DNA of 64,000 bases from Octopus vulgaris. Lineage: Eukaryota. The notes under the pieces are model-generated. The model was not told the origin of the DNA. It worked only from the letters and a program-made list of their open reading frames with translations, and did not search any database. This document shows, piece by piece, positions 27,030 through 40,230 of the stretch (positions are counted from its first letter, which is position 1; each line of letters starts with the position of its first letter). A program made the position numbers and the translations under genes. The stretch lies in the NCBI GenBank assembly GCA_951406725.2, contig OX597815.1, positions 129,952,001 to 130,016,000 on the forward strand, in the 5' to 3' direction.

Positions 27030-27410
27030 TTGCTGGCTGAACCGTTGTTTGCACACCATACAAAATGCTTAGCAGTATTTCGTCCCTCTTTGTGTTCTGA
27101 GCTCAAATTCTGCCATCGAGGTTGACTTTGTCTTTCATCCTTTCGAGGCCGATAAAACAAATACCAGTTATGTACTCGACTCCCTGTTCCCTCCAAAAAC
27201 TGCTGGCCCTGTGCCAAAATTTGAAACTACTTTTATTGATTTTACTTAAGGTTGTAAGCTGGCAGAATCGTTGGTAGTCGGGCAAAATACTTATCGGCAC
27301 TTTTGGTTCGGTACGTTCTAAGTTCAAATTCCGCCGAGGTCGAATTTGCCTTTCATAGTTGTTTCAACCCACTCTTCCATAAAATTGGTGGCCTTGTGCC
27401 ACAATTATAA
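27030..27410 (+). mobile_element. Two tandem SINE family B copies (~27030-27230, ~27255-27410)
   Basis: Each carries AAATGCTTAGCAGTATTT/AAATACTTATCGGCACTTT, GTTCTGAGCTCAAATTC/GTTCTAAGTTCAAATTC, CTTTCAT and the GGCC(C/T)TGTGCC tail. Confidence 0.75.
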
Positions 27411-28619
27411 AGAATTATGGTTGTTATCACTATCAAGCAAGTTAAAACTTTTAAATGTGTCGGACGCTAACGAACATACATGCACACACACGAAGTTACT
27501 TGAAAACTATTTCATTTCAAAAGCAGAAAAATTATAATTTCCTCTTATTCGATCTAGGAACAAGCTGGCAGACATCTCGTCTCTTTAACAGTAACAACCA
27601 ATTGCCCCACTTTATCATCGTGTGACAAGAAAGAGATAATGACTGCAGAGGGAAGTATGTAAAGTGTCAGGGGAAATAGATAAGGGAAAAGAAAAGAAAT
27701 AAATCAGGTAAATAGAAAAACAACACAACTGAAACAGGAACAATCTTCTCAAAACAACAATGATACATCTCTTCATTATAATGAAGAGGAAAAGGAACTG
27801 AGATTTCCGTCTTGTGGAAATCAAACCGATAACTGATAGGTAAAATACCGTTGTCTATGGTGCCATGGATATTCCGATAAGGTGAAAATAACAGAATCGC
27901 AGTTGCGTTTGGAACATTAAGAATTACGCAAAAGACAGGTGTTGGTAAAAACAAAAGAAAAATGTGTCATAACGAGCTGAATCCTACCGTGGAGATATGG
28001 GTGTTTATCCCAACTGACTAAAAAATGTCAACGGGTGTCTTTATGGACACATGACAATAATGAGAGACGAGTAGAGACGTGGACATCTTTAACTGGACCT
28101 AGCCAGTGGTTTTTCCTATCGTGCATGAACGAAAATACTTTTCATGTTTTATTTCCTGTAATTATATGTTATTCACCGCATTTGATTTTCATATATTTTA
28201 TTTATTCCTTGCATCTGTAATTTATAAATTTAATTTGTTCATTAATATTTTCTATAATGTGTTTCACCACTCTCCTCATCTTTGTACAATTCATCTGTTC
28301 TGTCGGACATATACTTGTAAGCCTTTCTGCTTTATGTTTCTCGAAATTAAATATATTTTCAAATTAATTATCGTTTTCTTTTTAATGAGGAAATCGAGAG
28401 AAATACATCGACACTTAGTCTCTAATACATTTTCTTACAACTTCTAATTTTAAAATAAGAACTAATTTTTTAATGAAATAATTTTCTATTATCTTTTCTG
28501 TATGTGTGTATGTATGGTGTGTGTATTTGTGTGTATTTGAGTGTTTGTACATTACGTATAGTGTACAGCACAATTGGTATTTGAAAGTTGTAACTTATTT
28601 AATAGTAACAGTAATAAAC

Positions 28620-28820
28620 CTTTCTTCTGTAGACGCAAGACCTGAAATTGTGGAGGGTGAGAATTAATTGATTACAAGGATTCCATTGCTCATTTGGTAC
28701 TTATGTTATCGGCCCCGAAAGGATGCTTGGCAGAATGTGAACTCAGAACAAGAAAACGGACGAAATGCCGCTATGCATTTTGTTCAGCGCGTTAACGAGT
28801 CTGCCAACTACCCACCTTAG
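28620..28820 (-). mobile_element. Degenerate SINE family B
   Basis: GGTACTTATGTTATCGGCCCCGAAAGGATG...GAACTCAGAAC...CTGCCAACT. Confidence 0.7.
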
Positions 28821-29389
28821 TGGTAATAGTAAAAATGATTTCAAATTTTGGCACAAGGCCAGAAATTTATAAACCAAGGCTGTATGATTTATTACCTTAT
28901 TCAAGATAAAATTTTGATATTTTTTTTTTCATCTCAGGTTTCATTCCGTATTCATGATTTCCAGTTCAGATGTAGATTGATAAAGTTATGTCACTTTTTC
29001 AAAGAGGGCTTCTCTATTTTCTCTAGGCTTCTTCATTTTCTCTAGGCAGTTAAACTAAAGTATGTGGGTATGGTCGTAATCACGGTCGTTGTCCTGATAA
29101 TACAGTGTATGCTTATTGTGAGGGGTCCAAAGAATGGCGTTACTAACCATCTCCTTTTTTTCTTTCGAACAGTGTCCAGAAAACCGTACCTTGTGTTATA
29201 TTATGTAATGTGTTTTTTTTTCTAAAGATGGTAAGGTGCGATTTAAAGGAGATTCGGCTGCTATTTCAGGCAGGGAGAGTATGTAAGCCTTCCATCTATA
29301 GAACATTGAGGTAGAATAAGCTGAATTTTTAAAAAGTACCAGTCCATTTGTTTCTAGTCTCAACCATACCTTACTTCTTTCATTCTTTT

Positions 29390-29580
29390 GGCACATTGAC
29401 AGAATCATTCGAGTACCTGAAAAATTGCTTTGTGTGGGTATTTTTTCTTTTTTGAGTTCGAATTCAGCCAAGATTAATTTTTCCTTTCATCCTTTCGTGG
29501 TCGATAAAATAAGCACTAAAGTCGATGGTATCCTCTAACACCTTCCTCTAAAATTACTGGCCTTGTGACTAAATTAGGAA
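29390..29580 (+). mobile_element. Degenerate SINE family B
   Basis: GAGTTCGAATTC...CCTTTCATCCTTTCGTGGTCGATAAAATAAG...GGCCTTGTG. Confidence 0.65.
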
Positions 29581-31319
29581 CGAATATTTTGTTTTAGATG
29601 CTGATAGTTAACATAAGTTTCACCAACCAAATTTTATGCTTCAGGATATCTTGGTACCTCATATCATAGAATGGATTTCAACTTTGCCAATTTACACAAA
29701 CATAAATCATAAAACACTTGTTGAAATATAAAGAATAAGGAAACATTCACGTATCTTAAAAGAAGTAAAACGAAATGGTTCACTGGAGTGTGGTATTTGA
29801 CTGCCAGCTCAAAGATCCCTTGCATGTTTAGGCATCTCATATGCTTCAGTTTCCTTAAGTATCATAAGCATAACGCATCACCACCCTTTGAAAAATTATC
29901 AGTGATTGATCGGTGACCAAAGTGAAGATTTAATGCCCATTATGTTAACGCTACAAACCGAACCATCACAGTGGTTTTTAAAACGCAACCGGGACCAAGG
30001 AAAGTAATTTATATCTATAATACATATTAAAAACTTGTAAAATTTGAACAGTTCTGCTTTCGGTTCATAGATGAAAGTACGGATGGCATTTTAAAGTATT
30101 AAAGGCTTACAAAATTATTATTTTTCAGACAAGGTTATAGAGTTCATTTTTATCAAGTGAAAATAATCTCGGTTATTTAAAGAAATAAATATTTAAAGTA
30201 TGCAATGTATTGAACCTTTTCAGATGAATGCGGTACTCTATACGTGTGACGGCTGTAAATAATACTTATATTAATGTATCGATTCGTTTCTGTCTTTATT
30301 ATTGTCTAAATATCGATTTTATAATAGTCAGAAGGACGCCATTACATATTTAGTTGCAATGGAATGTTGTCACAAGCACCCCTTCCTTTGTCTACGTAAA
30401 AGGACTGAAATTATAATCTGGAAACCAAACTCAGTTGATGATTCAGCTGTAAATTTGGAATAATGTTGTCCAACTACATCATATTTTTGTGGTGAGATGC
30501 AAGATTTCAGGTTCATCCAAGAAGATAAAGTGTTAACTCATTATTTTTCAGGGAGACATTTGTAGTTGATATGAAATAAAAACCGTTTTATTCAAGTATC
30601 GAAACGAAATCGTGGATTTGACTTGCAAGCAGCATTATCGGGATAATAAATATTTTTGATAGGATCCTAGACCAGTTCATCATCGACTGAATCTAAATGG
30701 TATATATTTTATCGACCCTTACAGTTGAAAGTTATAGTAAATCTAAGTAAAGTTGGAAATTAGTATTAGAAAAGAATGGCATTAAACAACTCCCAATTCG
30801 TTATTGTACAATCGAGAATATCTTCACCACTTCTTGTGATATAAATCAGTGAAGTTATAAATTCGAAGTAGTTTTCGTGAACAGAAATACAGAACACGTA
30901 TTTTTCAATGCAGAACTTTGGTAATAATTGGTTTCACTCTCTGTTATTGAATAGAGACCACATTTAATGCTAGCGAGCAGCTTCATTGATGGTTTGAATA
31001 TATAGAAAGTAGGAATTGGTTTTAAGTGGATATGGAAGACTGAGCCATTATCTTGGTCAGTTAAGGCTTTTAGTATTGAAAATATGATACATATATTGTA
31101 ATCGATTTTAATGGCATCAATTTATAATAAAGAAATCTATAAAATGTGTTGTTGCTAAGAGGCAGTCTGTTCGAGCAAGAGGCTCATTGACATTTTTGAA
31201 GAAACTGTGGAACCCTCAAATTGTAAAATAATTTAGGATATTTTAAGAATTATGGAATCATATTTTTACTGATGTTGTTGGCTGTATATGCGTGTGTATT
31301 TGTGTGTGTGTGTGTGTGA

Positions 31320-31384
<65 letters not shown>

Positions 31385-31711
31385 TTCATTTAATCAAGAT
31401 ACCCTTGGCCTGAAGAGTAGCCTGCGGTATACACTTTGCTCGGATATTTACCACTTCCGAAGTTCCGCTCGGTATGTAGCCCGGATCTTATCTACTCCAT
31501 TCCTTAACTCTCGTATTCTTATTCGCAAACCCAGCAAACCTGGTCGCCTACCGGGAAATATTAAAAGAACTTTTTTCAGTTTATCGTACTTCAATACGAA
31601 AAAAATTGACAACCTCCCGTCTCAATAAACCACTATTGTCCCTGAAAGTTGTTTTTTTATACTTACTACGGATTGCTTGAAGCTAACTTTCTTCCTACGC
31701 CACGATCCCTG

Positions 31712-31743
<32 letters not shown>

Positions 31744-32124
31744 TACTAATGGAGATAACGCTATTTTGTCCATCGTATAATACATATAACACATTTCGAT
31801 AAACTATTGAATTGCGATTGTATCTAATCACTCGTAAGACTATTTTTCATATTCGGTGCAAAACTACTTTTCAAATTGCATTCATAGAATCTCCCCCGAT
31901 GCAACAGGCTGACTGAGTTGTTTAAGTGACAGATAAAATACCTTGCAACAGTTATCCTGGCCTTTCGCATTCTGAGTTCAATTGTTGCTGATGTAAATAT
32001 ATCTTTCACCACACACACACTAGGACTGATCACTTTCCAGCCCCACACCATTATCCACGCACCTACACATACACACACGCACACGTTATATTCTCCCTAT
32101 ATATATATAGGGAGAATATATCTT

Positions 32125-32154
<30 letters not shown>

Positions 32155-32159
<5 letters not shown>

Positions 32160-32320
32160 AGAATTCACAAAAACAAAAGACGAAGACAGGTGGCGTAGAC
32201 AACAAACAGATGTATTAGTTTAACGCTCGGGAAGCGAAAAGTCTTTAACGTTTCGAGCCTACGCTCTTCCACAGAAAGGAACACTGAAAGAAACAAGGAG
32301 AGAAAATAAAGAATGTGTAG
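32155..32320 (-). mobile_element. Penelope pLTR-like remnant with hammerhead-like motif at 32243-32278
   Basis: Minus: cttt CTGTGGA a GAGC gtag GCTC GAAA cg TT aaag. Downstream CTTCCCGAGCGTT...GTCTTCGTCTTTT...AATTCTC is similar to 3720-3800 and 54130-54220. Confidence 0.55.
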
Positions 32321-32503
32321 TGGCTAGCGATCTAGCATGGTGAATGTCGGACAGAGTGGTCACAAGGAGAGCTAAGAAGAAGGGGAGATAATAAAGTTGT
32401 GGTGATCCCTAAACGAAGGTGCACGTGCGTGTATATAAGAGAGCATGCATGTGCGTGTGAAAGAGGGCTGGTGACCTTAACGTGTGCGTGTGTGTATGTG
32501 TAG

Positions 32504-32556
<53 letters not shown>

Positions 32557-33099
32557 CGTTCCGCGTGTCTCTTTCTCTTCCTGTTCCTCCTTGATTCTCT
32601 TGTCGCTGACACGTAACGAAAACCGATCTGTCTTTTTTTCTTCCACTTCCTTCGTGAAGACAAAACGTGCTTTTACCTGTCTCTTGTCATAGCTCGTCTT
32701 TCTAGCGTTCATAATAATTTTTCACATCGTCTTGACTTAACAGTCCTCACCGTTTGTTTTTACTGTCGTGTTCTCACTGTCCTATTTTTGTTACCACTTT
32801 CACCCTCTACAAAAAATCCCAAATTTTATTTAATTTGCTTTACGGGAACGACTGTTTCAACGAAGTCGCATATTGTCGTTACCTTCGAAAACGCGGAGTA
32901 GATGAAACAGGGACAACTGATGAAAGTAATGTTCTTTATGTTGCATGTCTCGGTTCTTTGTCCTTTTACGTTGTTCGAAAAAAAGTTCGTTTTCTATGTT
33001 TTTGTTTTTATGCTTTCGTTTCTTATTGTGTCTACATTTTTTTAATGTCCTGTACCCATATATGCATGTATATATACTTATATATGTAGGTACGTACTT

Positions 33100-33622
<523 letters not shown>

Positions 33623-33790
33623 GGTGTTTGTGTGAGTCTTTGTGTCTGTTCGACAACCGGTGTTGATATGTTTACATCCCTGTACCTTAGAGGTTCTGCA
33701 AATATGATCGATATAATAAATGCCAGGCTAAAACGTCTCCAAGGTGGTGCCCCATCGTGGCCGTAGTCTAATGGCTGAAACAAGTAGCAG
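33623..33790 (+). mobile_element. 3' half of SINE family A
   Basis: GACAACCGGTGTTG...GGTGGTGCCCCATCGTGGCCGTAGTCTAATGGCTGAAACAAG. Confidence 0.7.
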
Positions 33791-34519
33791 ATTGACGATA
33801 AGAGAATTCATATAATCTTATCAGTTTACTGTGCATCGTCAAAAGACAGAACTTCCATGGTGTGCATTCATATCTAATTTTTCAACGTCTAGTTATAAAA
33901 TTATTTGGCAAGATACAGTTCCAGAATAGAAAAAAGTAGAGGCTGGTAGAGAAAAAGATTGGATGATAACATCAAGGAATAATCTTGAATTTGAATAACT
34001 TCCAAAAGACTAGAAAATATAAAATTGTAGAGAATGGTGACTGATTGTTGTTTGGTTCCGGTCAGCTTTGATTGAGTAGATCTGGAATTAAAGATATTCA
34101 AGTCTGACTATTTTCTCTTTTACATGTGTGCATAGAACTTAGGACTACAGCATCCTGTATCTAATTTCTAAAACGGTGACATATGATTTGAAAGAGAAAT
34201 CGGTTGCTATTTCTAGCTGGTCAAGCCAGCACGTAGAGGCTTCATTATTGCCTCCTGCTAATCTAGAAGTGTTCTGTGGCAACTTCAACATTCTAATGTT
34301 TTACAAAGCTTGTAAATGATGCTTGCATTGAAGATGGTAGTGGTGATGCTGCTGCTGCTGCTGCCGCTGTTGTTGCTGCTGATAATGATAAAGATGACGT
34401 GTCTGCAAGAAATCTATCATTTTTTGACATGCAATGATTAATGGTTACGTGATATTTGCAACTTAATGATTACATAATATTCTCTGAAAGACCACTTATG
34501 TAAATTAGATAAAAAAGAA

Positions 34520-34590
<71 letters not shown>
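34520..34590. repeat. (TTA)n microsatellite, possibly the tail of a minus-strand retroposed fragment at ~34590-34700
   Basis: Repeat directly visible; the tail interpretation is inference. Confidence 0.85.
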
Positions 34591-34869
34591 GTGGAGTGGG
34601 CTCTCGTCCTTGGTACTCAGGGTGATCTTGGATGGTGAGTTTCTTTGATTTTCCATAGAGGTCTTTCTGGATCAGGAGGTTCCACCACGATCCTTTTTTC
34701 CCTCTTTTTCTAGTGTCATATACTATGTATATTTCCTCTAATGTATACGGTGTATACTTTTTATTTTATATTATAATTCCATTATATGTAAACACCCACA
34801 CTTTATGAATGTCACTGTATTGTCCCTTCATTCTTCGCCCTGATGGCAAATAAAAGATAACATCATTAC

Positions 34870-34936
<67 letters not shown>

Positions 34937-35395
34937 GAGTGAGAGAGCAGCGCATGCCATCAAAGTGACACTGAGATATAAATATACGAAGCCCAATATA
35001 CTCATCATGACTACATGTCTGATAAGAGTACACTAGGCACATGCATCACAACCATATGTGCGTGACATGGTGATCTCATATCAAGATAAGCAGCGCATGG
35101 CCTTGCAGGTGGGGCCCAGTTAGAATTTTCTTTCGGTCGAGTAGCCAATCCTGCTCAAAAGGTCCCTGAATAAGGGTTGTTATGGAAGTTGAACGAAACA
35201 CCAGAGGTGTTTCCAGAGGTGAATTATCAAAACTCCAAAGAATCCCTCTCAACACATGACTATGATGGTCGTGATTAGAGATGTACATATCGTCAGCCAC
35301 AAGGGAACATGCTCAAATGGTTAAGGTCAAACAACTGACAAGCAAATCTGTGGTATTGAGCAGAATATTTGCTGCAGCCCATCTTTTATACCTAA
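34870..35395 (-). repeat. (ATA)n/(TTA)n junction followed by a GC-richer unclassified element ending in (AAT)n on the minus strand
   Basis: Abrupt compositional change at 34937-35395 abutting the trinucleotide run. Confidence 0.4.
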
Positions 35396-35759
35396 TGAAT
35401 ATAAATCATTCAAACTAAGCGAAATAGATTGTGGAGGGCGGAATAAGTGATGAGAATTAAATCAGCAAATGTTAGAGCGTTTGTTCATTTAACAAAGTAA
35501 GCTTCAGTGAAAGTTCATTAATTCAACGGTCAGTCAAAAAATGTATTACCAGAAATTCGTAGATATATAACGTTTTAAAGATGGCAGTCAATTTTTAGAG
35601 GTAAATGACCGCAAAGAGTCTTCTCGTAATGGATCGTCATGTTCTAAGTTAATAAACATAAAAGTGTTTGAAAAGATGTGTATGTCATATGTTCAATTGT
35701 TTAAAAGTTAGGTAATTTGTAATAAATAGAAATGTACAAATATCAACAATCTTAGATGT

Positions 35760-36800
35760 GTAAAGTATAGTTAAAGTGATGAAAGTATTTACCTGCGCAA
35801 GAAACGATTGTCAAGGTTAATATACAAACTAGAAAATGTTTGTTAGTTTTGAAGATGTTGAGGTTGTAAAAAAATGTTTCTTAATTAAACCACCCTTTGC
35901 AAACAGAATTTCAAAGAATTCTATCACATATAGTTTCATGTTGCACATGTACGGTTTTGCTTTTGTATGAAGTTTCCAAAATTAGTTTTAGGGTATTTAT
36001 TTAGATTTTTATATATCAGATGTAATTTGAAGGAGTCGTAGTCTTGCACTTGGAGGAATGCTTGAAGGAGAAAACGTTCATCGTACTGAAGTTTAACGAG
36101 GCCAATATAAGTTTTAGTAGAGATGACTTTTTGCAGTACACATAACATATTTTTAGTGAAGGAGTTAGAATCTAAGAAGTATAACGAAGGATTGATGCTA
36201 TCGCAATTATTTGGAGAAATAGAGATCTAAATTGATTTAATTTAGTCAAGTTAGCGAAAGCAGTTACATATGGCGGAGCATATTTTAATTGCATTCTTAT
36301 TGAAAATACTATGAAAATACCTATGCAGTGGAAAGAAGGGAGAATTATAGATTATAGAATTGAGTGAACTACCAGATGTTCGTTTTATATTTTTACGATT
36401 GGTTGATCAAGGTATAGATTCAGTATATTTAATGTTCTCCTTGAATCCACATCTGCTTGAAGCTTCGCTGTAATAAGCAGAACAGTCTTTACAAATGTTC
36501 TCGTTTGCATTAACATTAGGTGATTTGATATCTTATGTAATTAAGCGTTTCGTTAAGTTTGCGGAAGGGATAAACTAAAGATATAAATCTAAAATGTCAA
36601 CAGATCTGAGGTTAGTTTCTATAGTAACGGATAATCTGAAAGTTTTCTATGAAGTAATTATAAATGATAAGAGATTTTCTTGCTTGTTTTATGATATCTA
36701 TTTCATCCCTATTATGATATTACATTTCATCAATATTAGCATAGCTTAGGGCCCAAAACCCAATTCGCTTAGTGATCGATGCATTGTAATTCTTAATATC
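35760..36800 (-). pseudogene. Penelope-like RT + GIY-YIG endonuclease remnant
   Basis: Minus-strand peptides in order: KNYNASIT...ALSYA, EIDIIKQARKSL, LSVTIETNLRSVDILD, SRCGFKENIKY, KTYIGL (YIG motif). Internal deletion, many stops. Confidence 0.7.
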
Positions 36801-36905
36801 AAAAGGCAATAATTTATATTTATGAATAAAATGAACTAATTACAGACTGTGTATTCTTTTATAAGGTGAAGCTTCAGAAAGTTTTTTATATATATATATA
36901 TATAT

Positions 36906-37187
36906 ACAATTGCAGCGTGGAAGGTGTTTATAAGCCATTTAAGAAACACACAAAAGCCGTTCGATTCACTTCAACATTTAAGTTTAATTTGTCAAAATAT
37001 TTTCGTCGCTAAAATCCGCGACCTGCTCACTGACAAAAATCCGTGCTGCATCTGAGAAAGTAATAGTTAGTTCGTCATATATATGTACGAAAATATTTTG
37101 ACAAATTAAACTTAAATGTTGAAGTGAATCGAACGGCTTTTGTGTGTTTCTTAAATGGCTTATAAACACCTTCCACGCTGCAATTGT
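36906..37187. repeat. Perfect 101-bp inverted repeat (36906-37006 / 37087-37187), 80-bp spacer
   Basis: Arms read as exact reverse complements from ACAATTGCAGCGTGG to AATATTTTCGT. Confidence 0.95.
36988..37037 (-). ncRNA. Minimal type-I hammerhead ribozyme-like motif with G3-C8 core
   Basis: Minus: tttgtca GTGAGCA g GTCGC ggatttta GCGAC GAAA atat TT tgacaaa. 7-bp stem I, 5-bp stem II, palindromic AAUAUU stem III, UUU triplet. Confidence 0.6.
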
Positions 37188-37243
37188 TTTCGTTTCAGCA
37201 CACGATCTCAGATCAAATTACTTGCTATGCGAGTACATCTCCG

Positions 37244-37304
<61 letters not shown>

Positions 37305-37314
37305 TATATATATG

Positions 37315-37368
<54 letters not shown>

Positions 37369-37448
37369 CTTATAGAAGAATACACAGTCTGTAATTAGTT
37401 TATTTTATTCACAAATATAAATTATTGCCTTTTGATTAGACAACATAT

Positions 37449-37692
37449 TTTTCATATAAATTAGTCTACGTTTTTATACACAAAAGAGGTGACCTTTAAC
37501 AGGACACCTTACATGCTAGGAAGGGCCGTTTAAGTCCAAACCACGAATAAGAGTAATTCCAAAGCGAATGAAAATAAAAACATTCCCTTTGAAATTACAC
37601 TTATTCATGGTTTAGGTTTTAACTGCGTGTAAGGTGTCCTGTTAAAGATCACCCCTTTTGTATATAAAAAATGTACACTAATTTATATGAAA
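37449..37692. repeat. Decayed ~245-bp fold-back palindrome
   Basis: TTTCATATAAATTAGT...CTTTAACAGGACACCTTACA...AAACCACGAATAAG...GAATG aaaataaaaa CATTC...CTTATTCATGGTTT...TGTAAGGTGTCCTGTTAAAG...ACTAATTTATATGAAA. Confidence 0.85.
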
Positions 37693-38383
37693 TACATGTA
37701 TATATATGTATGTATATATATATATGTGTATATATCAACAAAAAAAAAAAAACTTAGAGTGAATGATGTTAATATTTCCTATATCCAATTTGGTTGTTAT
37801 TATGAATATGATTGAAGAGACTGATACTTTTTATTGACTCTAAGAGGATGAAAAGCAAAGCAAACTCTGATCTGATCGGGTATAGTAGCTTTGCATTCAA
37901 ATGCGTCCCAACCATGACCGCCGTCGCACCAGTTTTCAAAATTGTCGGGTATAGTCTGAAGGAGATGTAACTGCTAGTTTTAGAGGGTCGAGAGACCGTG
38001 CAGGAACTCACATGTTGACTCAACTAAGATTACAACGAATTATGTAATTCTCCGTTGTAAGTAATGGAAATGCTGTGGTAAAGACGAATATGACGGGATC
38101 TTGCGCTGTCGAGGTGTGTGATTGTTCCACTGGGGAAAATCTATATTCGTTGACTTGGATAGGGTGAAGTAGGACTGAATAGGGTGGTGAAACCTGTACC
38201 AGAACTAGATTTGTACTCATTTTCTCGCAGAGTGGACTGGAGAACATTGAAATGCACTACATTTCTCAAACTACCCCCTCTCCTGTATGGTAGAAAGGCT
38301 ACTGCCATAAGGTCCTGTGTCCAATACTCTAGCCACTAGAACACATATTTTCATCGATATATAGTTTATATATTTGTGAAGAT

Positions 38384-39000
38384 ATGTGTTCTTTGCAGTG
38401 GAAGATCCCAACCTCTCCAAAACTGAAGGAAACACAAATGAGTCGAGGCAATGTGATGACACTATTGTTAGTTATCATCGACTACAAGAGCATTGTTCAT
38501 CACGAGTATACTCCACCTGGTCAGACAGTAAACAGAGTGTACAACAGTGACGTGTTGCGGGTTTTGCGAGATGCTGTCTGTCGGAAAAGGATAGAAGTGT
38601 ACTCGTCCGTTGAATGGCGACTCCTCCATCACAATGCACTTGCCCATTCAGCACAGTTTGTGCAGCAGCTTTTACCAAGCACAGCATTTCCCACGTCCCA
38701 CAACCATTGCATTTCCCCGATCTCGCCCCTTGCGACTTTTTCCTCTTTCCAAAATTCAAAACCCACTTGAAAGGAACAAGATTTCAAGACGTCGATGAAA
38801 TCCAAAAGAATGCATTGAAGCAACTTCTCTACCTCCCCCAAAAAGTTCCAGAAATTCTTCCATCAATAGAAACGACGCTGGTTGAGGCGTGTGGCTTCGA
38901 AAGGGAGATACCTCAAAGGAGACTAAATGCCGAATTGATATTTGTTATAGTTTTCTTTTTTTAGCACCAGCCCCGACATATTTTGATTAGGCCTCTTATG
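38384..39000 (+). mobile_element. Mariner transposase C-terminal fragment with right end, frameshifted
   Basis: IVHHEYTPPGQTVNRVY, WRLLHHNALAHSA (cf. HDNAPAH), LHFPDLAPCDFFLFPKFKTHLKGTRF (cf. YSPDLAPCD). Confidence 0.88.
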
Positions 39001-39721
39001 TATACATATGCATTTTAGTATGCATGTGTGTGGATAGGTTTGTATATTTATGTGCGAGTCTCTATCTATACAAACGCATATATTTCTGAGTGTGTATTTA
39101 CTCACGCTTTATTTAATCCGTTTAGATTGGAAACGAAAAAAATTTAATTCATGCTTTAATTCATCTCAATATTTTAATTCATCTCAATAAAACAAAAGTT
39201 TAAAGAGGCGAAGATAAAGCCTTGTTTTACTCTTCGAAATGCATAAATACCTTTTAATTAGTGATTCTCGTCTTTATTGCATCATTTTCATTGTTTTTCA
39301 AATAACTTTTCGAATATGTCTATCTCATTACCTATATCATCTTTCCTCCTACTCTGTTCTCTACCTATTACCTTCTACTATACTCTCTCTTCAACATATT
39401 CCCTTCTATCATTCTCTCTCTCCCCCATGTACTTTTTTACCTCATCCCTCTTCTCTCTCTTTTCCCGCTGCATATCACTTCTCCCTTCTTTCTCCCACCC
39501 CTCCGTTTTACTTCCACACCTTCTCTATTTTGTTTTATAACTTAATTTGCACTATATTTTTTACGCTTTATTATATTGTTTTGAACTGTTGTGCTCAATT
39601 AACCAGCATTTATATCGGCTATAAATATTTAAAGTTAAATTACTCCCTCAATGGATCATTTTAACGAGAAAAGGACCAGCTTAGTTGTGAATCGTAAGAT
39701 TCATACTCGTTTTACAAACAC

Positions 39722-39884
39722 AGGCGCAGGAGTGGCTGTGTAGTAAGAAGCTTGCTTACCAACCACATGGTTCCGGATTCAGTCCCACTGCGTGGCACCT
39801 TGGGCAAGTGTCTTCTACTATAGCCTCGGGCCGACCAAAGCCTTGTGAGTGAATTTGGTAGACGGAAACTGAAAGAAACCCGTC

Positions 39885-39933
<49 letters not shown>

Positions 39934-39949
39934 TATATGTATGTATGTA

Positions 39950-40018
<69 letters not shown>

Positions 40019-40230
40019 GTATGTATTTTGTGCCTGTGTTTGTCCCCCCTCCACCATCGCTTGACACCGATATTTGTGTTTTTACGTCTCCGTAAACTTA
40101 GCGATTCGGCAAAAGAGACGGTTAGAATAAGTACTAGGCTTACAAAGAATAAGTCCTGGGGTCGTAGCGTTCGACTAAAGGTGGTGCTCCAGCATGGCCG
40201 CAGTCAAATGACTGAAACAAGTAAAAGGAT
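39722..40230 (+). mobile_element. Complete SINE family A with expanded internal (TA)n
   Basis: Same head, body and tail as 4843-5215. Confidence 0.9.

Noticed and set aside
29900-30640. Possible piggyBac transposase remnant
   Set aside because: Only scattered short resemblances; too degenerate to support.
32915-32960. CTGATGA hammerhead cores here and at ~11502, and CTGAAGA at ~15163
   Set aside because: No properly placed stem II-GAAA-NUH could be built.
37780-38260. Possible APE endonuclease remnant on the minus strand (VMVGTHLNAK)
   Set aside because: One weak motif; cannot be confirmed without a profile search.
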